Origin: an uncultured virus (IMG/VR IMGVR_UViG_3300021197_001722) | Lineage: Duplodnaviria > Heunggongvirae > Uroviricota > Caudoviricetes | Direction: 5' to 3' (one strand) | Length of the DNA: 64,000 bases | Virus record (IMG/VR): IMGVR_UViG_3300021197_001722 | Part shown: piece by piece, positions 48,101-60,100 of the stretch | Position numbering within the stretch: position 1 is the stretch's first letter | How the letters are laid out: each line of letters starts with the position of its first letter | The notes under the pieces: model-generated | Told to the model about the DNA's origin: nothing | Databases searched by the model: none | The model's input: the letters and a program-made list of their open reading frames with translations, nothing else | Made by a program: the position numbers and the translations under genes

Positions 48101-51100
48101 GATTATCTAATAACCAAGGTTTAGTGGTGAAGCCAAGCCTATCAATTGTTTTAGCAGTATTGTCTGCAATCTGCTGCTGCCTATCGTAAGTAATAACAAT
48201 CTTCTTGTTTCCAAGCTTCATCCAATTTTTAATTGGTGCTACATAAGATTCTGGTATGACTGCCGTGGGGCTTGCAATCCACAAGACAGAAACTGCCTCT
48301 GGAATAACAGACTCATTGTCGTAAACAACATTTTGGTTTACAATATGTCCTTGATTTTCAAGAACTGTCTTAACTACAGAATCATCAAACGCAGCTTTAA
48401 ACGATTCTCTACCTGTCCAGCCGCCAAGCTGAGATATTCTAGCACGATTTCCACAATCAATCATAGATAGATTATTATAGAAAGCTATGTTCTGGTCTTT
48501 ATTTCTTGGGTCGAACTGATCACCAAATCTAGTACCCATACTCCAAGAATTTTCTGGAAGTTGAGAGGCAATCAAATAAACTTTAGAAGTTTCTTCTTCG
48601 GTATAAGTTTCTTCTGTAACGTATGGGCTAACATCAGAGACTTTCACATTCTCAAGAGTAGCTTCTTCGGCCCAGTCAATACCAGTACCTCTAAGTAATG
48701 CATCTCTATCATTTTCTTTAGCTGGATTTTCAAAGAACTTACGCTCGTAATTATCAAAAATTCCATCAGCAACATCGTCTTTGTCAAGAATGTAAAACTG
48801 CGCATCGCCTACGGGATTACCGAAATTGTATATAGTTGTTTCAGTGGTAGTTGTCGTTCTAATAATTCCAGAAAGTCGTGTCGTACATCTTTCTTCTTCT
48901 CCGCTTTTAGCAGGAATAATTATATCTTTTTGTGGAATATACTCAGCAGCAGTTAATACAGGAGTAATTTCCTCATTTGGTTTGACCACTTCGGGTTTAA
49001 CAATTTCTGGATAGAACTTACAATTCTGACCCGGATTTGCTGTATCGAAATGGAAAGCCCAGTTAGTAAAGAACTCAATTTTATCAAAACACCCAGTATG
49101 CCATTCTGATCTTAAATCTCCAGAATGCTGAATAGGCGGAATACACCTGTCTGGAGCATCTGGGTCTTCTGGGTCACAGGGGCTGTAAATTTTCAGATCT
49201 TCTAGACCAACATCTGATAGATCAATTTTAATATCAGCAACACCGCTTGCGTACATGTTTTCACGAATCGCGTCGGACTCGTGCATGTACTGAGGTAAGT
49301 GTGCCAGTGTAACATTAAACTTGCTATCTCCAATCTCTTGTTCTGATATACCAGCATACAAAGATTCAAACTGATTTCTTGCGGCAGAAATTCTCATCCT
49401 AGATCCTAATTTTTTAAGGATCTTATTAATGATATCGTTGGATTTTTTGTACATACCACCCTGCTTCCAGATTGGGTCGTTACCAACCAAAACCAGAGTT
49501 CTATCACCGCGAGCAAGCCAAGTCTTGATGTTGTCAATGATCTCATCACTAGCTGCGTCAATTTCAGGCGTGATGATATACGCAAGACCAGCATCTTTTG
49601 GAATTTCTATATCGCTAAACTCAGTTCTTTCAAACCCAACACCATCTAACGCATACCAATTACCAAGATCTTCATAAGCATCCACGTCGCCAGCATCTAC
49701 TAATTTCTGTTTGTTAACAGACCTATCAAGGTTTCCAAACTTATAGAATTCAACTGCCTTGTTGTGGTTATGGAATGATCGAGATCCAAATACTCTTACC
49801 GCACCGGCATTTACGTATGAGGCCCAAGTGTTGTTTTCTGGGTAGGCAGTGCCAGTCAATCCACCATACCAAACATTCATATCATCAAATTCGTTGAATG
49901 AATCTGTAGGCGCACCAAAAGCAACAGTTTTTCCATCTTCGCTCACAGACGTGCTATAGCCAAGCCGTGAGAATCCGGCAAATTCATTAACAATAATATT
50001 CCAAGTACCTGTGTATGGAATATCTGTATAGTGGTATTTGTAGATCTTATCATAAAGCTTAATACTTTTATTCTTTCTTAGTAAGAACCTGTCTTTCTTT
50101 GTCATCTCCTTGTAAACTTGCTTTGCAGTCTCAATCGTACCGGAAGTAGCAATCAACTGATTCCATCTATCAAGTAAATGCTGCAAAGGATATTCAACTG
50201 CATCGTTAGTCTCAGTGAGCCAATCAAACATTACTTGATACATTCTAGTAGTTTCAGTATCGTCTCTTTCAAATACCTGACAAACTTCTTGTGAATATGG
50301 AGAGCCAACAGAGATAATTTCGCAATTCTCGCTAATACCAACGGAATGACCATATCTATCAACAGGATTGCCTTCTTCATAAAGTAAGTTTCCATCATAT
50401 GAATCGTCGTCTTCTAGAGGAGTAAAATCTTCTAGAGGTGAAACAAACTCTTGAACGCAGTTCCAATCTCCATATTCTTTTTCAAACACAAACACTCTAC
50501 CGCCAGACTCAGGTGGTATTTGGAAATTAGCAGCGTCATCTCTAGCAAACTGTTGACCTACACCGCTCGTTATAAATCTTAGATTATCAGTCGCTATAAG
50601 ATTACCAGTATCTAATGTGTCTTGAATAAGATTTACAGAAGCTTCGTTCCAAACAAAAGCATCATCAAATACTTTTCTTACATATCCAGCAGAAGCTTCG
50701 TCGTCAATAAAGTCATAAACACCACTAGCAAGAGAGTATTCATTATAATAGTCAATAAAGTCATCTAAGATATCTTCATAGGCAGCTTTATTATTTGTTG
50801 ATAAAGTATCATCACCGAAGAAACCTAAAATTGGAGGTATACCGCTATAAATTTTAGAATCATTATGTGGGAAAATTTCTGCAAACTTATTTTTTACAAG
50901 ACCTAAACCTTCTGATAGCAAATCTTCATTTTCTCTTTGCTTATCGGTTAAGCTGTTCACGTAAACATGATTAAACCAAGCTGGAGCAGCGCCACGACCC
51001 TGTTTATTGTTAGGAACGTTAGGTAGATCATCAATGTTATCACTATCGTAGAGTTGACAAATTAATAGTCTAATATCCAATTCTGGCTGCCATTTTTCGT

Positions 51101-54100
51101 CTGGAGGAGTAACGATCCAAGGAGCAGCAAAGAATTTATAAAGTAAATCATATTTAGAGGCAACGTTTCTAATCTGCAATAACTTTTCTTTATTGTATGA
51201 AAACTTATCAGTAAAGATAGTCATCAAGACTGGGATACCGGATGTGACAACTTCTGGGAATGTTCTAGTCCACTTAGCACTGGGAGCGCCAACCACAACG
51301 ACTTCTTTTTGTCCATCGTTTCCAATATCAATAGAATGTCCAAACTGTCTACCCTCTTGACCAATAGCCCACTTCTTACCGCCGATGGTTAAAGGTGGCG
51401 TTCCGGGGTAACTCACAATAGTTCCAATTTCTTGTTGTATATAGTCTCTTCTAGTACCGCTGGGTAGTAAAAGTTTTTCTTCTAGATACCAGTTAGCTTT
51501 TTTACCATTCTCCTCTTCGTTCCTTCTATACAAGAAAACTGCTCCAGCATCATCAACCAAACTTCCTGTTTCGTCTTGCACTTTGTGGAAAGGTGCGCCA
51601 ACTGCAATCAAATCCCCATCAGCACAAGATGAGAAACCATATCTATCACCAGCTTGTCTGCCAGACTCAATTTGGAATTCAGGAGTGATAGAAATATCAC
51701 CACTCAGATATGGGTAGTCACCAATTAATTTTATTCCAGAATAATTGAGCGGTTGATCACAATCTGGTGTACAGCACTCATTCTGAATTGTGCCGCTGCC
51801 ACATATACCATACTCCCACTCTTCAAATTCTCTAGGAACAGGAATAGGTGTAGGGTCTCCGGTCTTAACTGTCATTTCTACGAAGTAAGGTCTGTTTGGC
51901 TTCAGGTCATCATACCTTCTGACACCATAGTACTGATTTTCATAACCAGCCTCTTGGTTTGTATAAACATTAGTTGGTCTAAATATCCCACCATCATTAC
52001 AAACTTCTTCTCGCCATACTACACCGTCTGTTTCAAATTTTGGATCAATTGCTTTATCGGGACTATTACCATCACAATTACCATAACCAAATAAATCCAC
52101 ACCTCTAATTTCATCGTTTGGCGCTAAGGTGATAAATGGCTCATCATCAACATCAGTACCCGTTCCATAATTATCACCATCCCAAAGGAATGTAGAATCT
52201 CCGGGAACATTAGCTTCTCCCTTTACACCATTATTTCTAACAAACATACCCATATCTGCACTTGCGGCAATAGGTATTGCTCTATTGTCTATCACCAACG
52301 GCATAACGGCAGAGATAGAAGTTTCTAATGGGGCAATAATATAAAGCGGCATTATTGCTTCAGGTAAGTTATTGAAAGCTTGAGCCACTCCAAATGTAGC
52401 CAAATTTATATTTCCACTAGCATCACCAAAATTATTGAACGTTTCGTCATCATTTAGTAGGTATAGTGAAACTTTAGATCTAGTACCAGAAGTGCCGACG
52501 TTACTACCAAAAGTTGATAGGTTTAAGTTTTCTGTTAATTTAGGTAGGATTTCTGCGTTGTAAACCACGAGAGGTAATTTTTCTTCTTCAAAGCCAAATC
52601 CATCCATGTAGAATTTAAGTATACCAGAGTCCTCAACTGGAACTGGTGGAACTCTACCCGCAGTGAGCATCTGCAAGCCCTTAACAGGGCTAGAGCCGAC
52701 AATAAATGGCTCATAATCAAACTCATTCCACATACTACCAAATCCAGAAAATTCATCATCATCCGTAGATATAAATTTACTGTTCTTTGTGATAAGTCCC
52801 AGCGATTGATTTTCGATAAAAGCACCAGACATAATACAGAAAAGCATACCACTTCCGCTTTCCGGGACCATACCGCTGGTTATAAATCCTAGTACACCAG
52901 ATTCAATACCAAGGACACCGGACGTATACAGGTCAAGAGCAGTCGCATTTAAGTTAGCGCCACTCATTACAACACCTAGATCACCAGAAGCTTTAGTTGG
53001 TTTAATCCAAGCTTCTTCTGTTCTAACGTGAATTGCATGAATATCTAACTCAGAAGTAAACGCAGGTCCAGATGGATAAACCAAATCAACCTGAACAAAC
53101 ATATCATCAATATCATCAGAGAAATATTTCTCAGTAGCTTCAGTTAGTTTTCTTTCTTCTGGGAATAGCGCCCATTCTTCAGAGTCATCACAGTAATCAT
53201 CATAAGTAAATGTGCTTTGGAACATTTCCAAACAACTAGACGCAGCAATGAAATGCGACTTTCTATTGATTAGACCCCAATTAGGATCATCGGTAGTGTA
53301 GTAAGGTTCTTGATTTTTAGTGTAAAGACTAACAATTAACTTGGGACCAGATTTTTCAATACAGTCTGCCCACTGAATATTACCACTAGATTTATGCTCA
53401 TAGACAGTATCAACAACCAAGGCGCTTTCTCTAAAGTTGTAGCCTCTTGGTAAGCTCTTAGCAATACGCTTGTCTGTCGAATAGAAGTTATCTGCGGTGT
53501 CACTAAGTGGGAATCTCAAGAAGTCATTTTCAATTTGAGAGTGATATGCTACACCAGAGTTTACACTTGAAGGCATAGCAATATCTGGAGAGTAAGCAGA
53601 ACCATCATGACTAATATAGAAATTTAGCTGATCATCTTCGTCTGGGTTGTAATATCTCTTACCAACCTGCTGGTTGTTCATAGAGTCATACTGCCAATTA
53701 AATTCACAGGCTCTAAACGCACCCAGATACCAATCCGCAGAAGGAGAAATAGCGGTATTTTCGTCAACATATGACCAGAATTTGTTTGTATCGTTATGAT
53801 AGCTTTCGCCGGGATTCCAAAACTTTTGTCTAATGTTATTAAAGAATCTTTCTGCTGTAATCTGTTTGTCATTTAGAACAGCATTAGAGCTAACAATATT
53901 AGCACCGCTAACACTGTCAATCATGTGAGAGAAACCAAATTCAGATAATAGCATAGGTAAGCCAGAAACATCACCATTGGCGTAACCAAACCTAAGAGCT
54001 TCTTGGGTATCTAAAAGTTTAATACTACTACTGGTTGCTCTAAGGTGTGTGAAGTCACCTTCAGAATTTTCATTGTCTGTATAGATCCTGATCTTCTCAT

Positions 54101-57100
54101 CCAAATTCTCACTATAAGTAACAAGGAAAGATAACGGATATGAGTAACCAGAAAAAGGAATTGTATCTGTACATACAGCATTACTCGTTAAGTTTTGACC
54201 AGAAGCAAACAGATAACCCCCAGAGTAACCAATAACAAGACCGCTAAGGGCTGGAGAGCTAGCCATATCCAACTTTGCGATGGTACTACAATCAAAGAAA
54301 TTATCCTGACCCTCGCCGCTAACATTTACGTCTGGAATGAATCTAGCATAAAGAGCAGCACCACTAGCGACATTTACATTACTATAAAATGCGCTAGTTT
54401 TGTTTCCAAACCTAACCACTCTGTCGTAACCGTCATAAATTTTACCATAAAGTGGGTCAGAAGTATAATTAAGCCCACCATTAGTCAAAGCCGTCCAGTC
54501 TGCGGTTCTATAGTCACTAGACCATCCCGGCTTCAAAGTGCTAAACATATTCTGGTTTTTGAATCTAGCGCCGTAATTTTCAAAAACTTGTGGGGAAGTC
54601 GGAGTTCCAGCCTCTGTGAAATTAGCAGATTTATTCTCCCAAGCAAATTTAGAGTTTAATTTAACCTGAGTAGGAGCAGAATCTGTTATATCAGACCAGT
54701 TAATAAATGATCCAAGTAGGGGTCTCTTGAGCTTTCTTCCTCTGTCATACGCATAAGTAAACTCTCTGATATCAAACGCGCCAAGACCAATGCCGTATAA
54801 ACCTCTCCATCTTCTAGAGTAGTTTGTTTTTACTGTAGCTGGCGAAGCATACGCATGAGGTATGTCTTGTATCAAAGATAAAGGCTGATATCCACTACCA
54901 GTATTAAAAGTATTATCATTACCAGATCTAGCTACTGGGTAGAAAGATATTTCACTTCTACCAGTCTGAGACCTTCTGTTTGGACCACCGGCTGTTCTCA
55001 TCTCCATAGCCGCTGTCGGTCTATGACGAACAGCAAGCTCAATAGCAGCAATATTTGCACCACTAGGTAACGCATAAAGATCTATGTATAACTCTTCTAG
55101 TAGACTACTTAAACTGTAATTTCTAGACCTACCCAAATCAACATCGTCATTATAAACCTGTAAAGCAATTTCATACCATCTAAATTCAGTTCCGCTAACA
55201 ACAGGGTAATTAGATACAGAATAGTGATCCGCTCCAGCGTTATTTGTAAGGTTAGTTTCAAAATACTGTAGCTTATCGGAAATAGCTTCTGTAGACAATC
55301 CTAAATCATCAACAGGGTTAAATCCAGAGAAAGTAGGAATGTTACCTTGTGGATAATATTCGTCTAAACTTTCTGTAGCATAGTTGTAAACAAACTCTCC
55401 AGAAGTATTCTGTAAAAACCCACCGGTAGGCGAGGTGGAGTTCAATATACAGTCGTTACTATAACCAACTAAATCTAATGAGTAGTTTCTAGCATCTGCA
55501 TTCTTGTTGGCAAGAACCCTTAAAACCACCCTATCAAACTCAAAGAAGCTATCCTGAACAGGATATTCTCTTTCTTCTCGATTGTAGATTTTTTGAACAG
55601 GATCAAACCACCTATTGAATATACTAGCAAACGCTCCATTAAATTCACCCGGATCATACAAATAGTAATCATCGTTATCTCCAAGTCCAAACTTTAAAAT
55701 TAACTTGCCAGAATCTTGATAATTTATTGCAGAGTTAGATGTAATCCAGCTACCAGAAGACTCATTTCTTATAATACTTAGTAGCTGATTAGACCCTTCA
55801 CAATTTCTATTACTATACTCGTATGTATTATCTTGCCACATCCAGCCAGAAAGTGAAGCCAAGCCTGAAAGTTCTGGATAAATAGTTGTGTCAAAATCAT
55901 TCTCAAAGAAAAATGTTGGCTTAATAATTCTTTCAAACCTTTTGCCAGTTGGTTCGCCAAGGGCAAACATCTCTAAAAACATTTCTCTAAACGGAACCGG
56001 TCTACCGCTATTGTAAATCTCAAGGGCAGACATCCTAAGAGTTGGGTTATATCCACTCTGGGCGTAGAAGTTATCGTGCAGTTCATCGCCTCGCTGTGGA
56101 TCTAAATCACCCTCAAATCCAAATGTAAATGCGCTTAATGGTCCATAAGGTCTACCGCGATCTTCGGATCTAACGTCAAATGATATTGTATAACCAGAAG
56201 GTTCATCAAAACTTGGATAGCCATCTTGCCATTGATATTTTCTAGAGTTATTGATTTCTGGTGCTAGTGAATAGGTTGTGTAACCGGGATCTTCATCGTA
56301 TTGGTTTGAATCACCAATGAACTCAAAATCTTCATACTTAGTTATAAGATTACCTGATGGGTCGTCAAATCTAACATTAGAGAAATAAAACTTAGGAGAA
56401 ATTTCAGATTCAAAGTTTTGGACTGGACCAGAAATTCTCATTCTAAGTCTAGTGTCATAGGGTACAGATTTTGGTCTTGTTACTTCAAACCTTACTGACC
56501 CATCAAACTCTGTATTGACAGAAGAAGCTTGAATAAAGCTTTCTACGTCGTCAGCAATGCGAACATCACCAACGGTATAGTCACCTCCAGTGAATACACC
56601 CTCATCTATAGAATGGAAAAGAACCCCAGTGACTTGCGGCTGGTTGTTTTCATCTAAGAATAAATATCCAGACTCTAAAGGTGTTATAGATAAAGGATTT
56701 GCTTTATACCTAGTAACAATATCTGAGTTACCAGAAATTCCAATTTCATTAACGAATAAATCATTACCACTGTCAAATATTGGATAAAGAATGTTAGTGG
56801 CGTTCCAGTCTACAAAGTCTCCATTCGCCTTATCTAGCCAGCGAGAAGAAATTTCTCCCTCTGGCTCAAATACGTGTATAAGGTTATAATCAAGAGCGGG
56901 TAGTGGGAATATTTCACCAACCCCACTATACTCTCCTGTTGGAGCTAAAACTGCATTTAAAAGAAGTTTATCAAACATTCCGCTAGCGCGAACGTGAAAC
57001 TCATCACCGTTTGGCGAAGTTTGCGGAGGTGTATCACCTACAATGAAAAAGTTTTCAAGTGCATCATACAAACATTCTGGGTCTTCTCTTATTATATCTA

Positions 57101-60100
57101 TACTATCATCTACAGGTATAACAACGCCATCCAAATCTACATCAACGGGAACTTGCGGCGGCTTTGTTCTTTCTTTTCTGTTTAGATTTTTTACATAGGT
57201 TATTCTAGGTGCGCCAGTGAAGAAACAAAACTTAACCTCTGCATCAACATTACACTCCGTATCTAATACCCTTCCGCAGTCATCTGTAAAATCAACCTGA
57301 GTACAAAACTCGCTGATTGCAATATCCTGATAGCTACCTTTAACAAATTCAAACTCAAAGCAGTTACCTTTAGCTGAATTTATATCGTAAGCATATGTAT
57401 CCGTTCTTGATGCTATTTTTCTATGATTAGCTAATTTAAATATTTCGTTATTTGTTAATATTCTAGAGAAAACTCTAACGTCATCTAATATTTGTTTTTG
57501 ATGATCTGTTTTTGAAAAACCACCGATAGAACTGTGGATAGGATCTGCAAGAGAAAAGTCTGGTATGTTGTTCGCACTTATTTGTTCATGTAATTCTCCA
57601 GCTATGTAAAGACTAACATACTTAGAGTCTTTATCGTACAAAACAGAAAAATGAAAAAGGTCATTGTATTCTTCTATAGGTACGGTAAACTTCTTAAAGG
57701 ATTTAGTGAATAAAGATGTAGAATCGACAAAAGAAACTATTACATTTCTTTTAGTATCTGACTGAATAGAATTGACAGCCATGTTAATACTGAGTCTACC
57801 CCACTTTAATATCCTAGAGGAGCTTCTTTTGTTTACGTCCGACCAAAACGTAAATGACATTTTCTCTAAATCACCCTTCTCACCAAGGGCTATAGATTGA
57901 AATTTTCCATACTCTTTAGAAGTTTGACCATTAAATAGTGATCCATCATTTGTAAACAAATATTGGGAATACTCACCACTTTCTTGTATTGTGGAAGAAA
58001 AGTGTGAAAGATAACTAGTATTTAAGAAATCGTAATCTTGTCTATCATCCGTACCATTTATTGTATATACATTATGCGCATAATGATTTTGGTCTGTAGT
58101 GTTTGCACCAAGGAATGTTGTTGACACGTACTCGCCACCAGAAGACATGTGTGCAGACATGATTCTAGTCTGGGTGGTAAATATTTGATCTGCATGAAAA
58201 TACGTAGGATATTTAGGATTATCGTATTGATGAATTCTTGTTTTTTCTTGCCAACTACCTGCCCCATAGCCCGGAGATTTGTCATAAACCACAGCCCCGT
58301 CTCTTCTAGAGATTAAAAGGCTTTCACCATTTGCGGAAAGCGAAAGATTTTCACCAAGCAGTGTAGATGCGGTCCAGTCATCAAAAACACCAGAAGTTTG
58401 CTTTTGATTGTCACCAGATATCAATGGAGAATTTTTAAGTGTTGCATCTAGAAAATAATTACCATCACTACCAAGAGTGTAAATATTAACTTCACCATTA
58501 CTGGTATTTCCATGAATTGACCCAGACGCAGGAGTACCCAGAGCTAGAGTTGATCCGCTAGCATCTATAGATATAAAATTATTTACCTTTAACGCCCAGT
58601 CATCATTACTGACAAATGGAATTGAGCGATCATGCCCCTCTGGAAAAAATATAGAGTCTTGAATTTGCCAATTATTACCCACAAAAGAATAAATAGCAAC
58701 AGAGTCTCTTATGTCTTGCTTTGTCTCATTAGATCCGGGAGAAACTGGTACAAGTTTTTTAGCTAATCTATGGGCTACAATTTTAGAGCCGTCATAATTT
58801 ATTTTAACATTTCTACCAAAACCTATCCTACCATCATTTCTAAATAAAGTATTACGGATTGTATTCCCGATTCTTTTCCATTTAGAGCTAAGATTACCTC
58901 TTTGGAAAACTTTAACAGATCCGGGAAATGCATTGTTTAAAAAGGTTTTTTTCTTGTTACCAATAACAATGTTCTCTCCGTCGTAATCTAAATCAATAGA
59001 ATAACCCAGACCGTAGTCTGCCCTTCTACCAAAAATACCAACTGCCTCTGGACCTACGATCTTAATACCATACGACAGTGATTTATCACCCCAAACCACA
59101 ACGCTCTTATCTTCTCTGATAGCGATAAATCCAACCCTACCAGAGTGAATAGCAGTAACTTTATTTTCTGGATCTTCAAGCGAGGTATCTCCATCAGAGC
59201 TAGCAACATTAAACGTAACGTCACCACCAAATTCTTTTTTACCCCAAGCTTTAACTTTTCCCTCAGAGGTCAAAGCCGCATAAGCAAAAACAGAACTATA
59301 AATACTAGATATTGTTTCGCCATCAGCTAAGTAGAAGTTTGGAGATTCACCACCAAAACCTTTTCTACCCCAAGTTAAAACGGTATTGTTAGTTTTTAAA
59401 GCTGCGAAAGAATAATAGTTACTAATGACACTTTTTATGTCTTTAAAATCATTTTTAGATGCAAAACTAATATAGTCATTTTCTACGGCTTTTCCGCCAA
59501 CATTAACAACAGTAATCCCAACAATAGTAGCAAACTTGCTATTTGCTCTAGTTTCAAAACTAGGAGTAGTTCCATCAAGATTTGTAACAACTAGCGAGCC
59601 AACATTATTTTGTACAATAATATAATCACCGTCACCATACTCGTTACTACTTTTAATTCTTATAGATTGACCGGCTGAATATGGAAACGTGGTTTCACTA
59701 TCCGTCGCAGTTATTGTGTTACCAGCAAAAGACAATTGAAAAAATACTGAAATGCCATCTTCTTCAATTCTATTAACATCTTTAAATGGTCTACCGCCAT
59801 GCATTGAGTCACCCCAAGCGGTAATAAATCCGTCTTCTCTAAGCGCAACGGAAGCGTATGGATTAGATATTATATCTACATACTTCTTTTTATCTCTGGA
59901 TGCTACCTCCTGACTAGCTAGTGATAACTCACTGGCAACGCTAGAATCAAAAGAAGAGAAAAATGAATCGGGTGCGTCTTCATTTCTAGTTGGTTGAGAC
60001 GGGTCAATATTAAGCCCAGTCTTGCCAGCTTCATACCAAGGAAATAATGTAATGTCGTTGCCGTCTTCTGCCTGCTGTTCAATATTACCCCAAGTAGATA

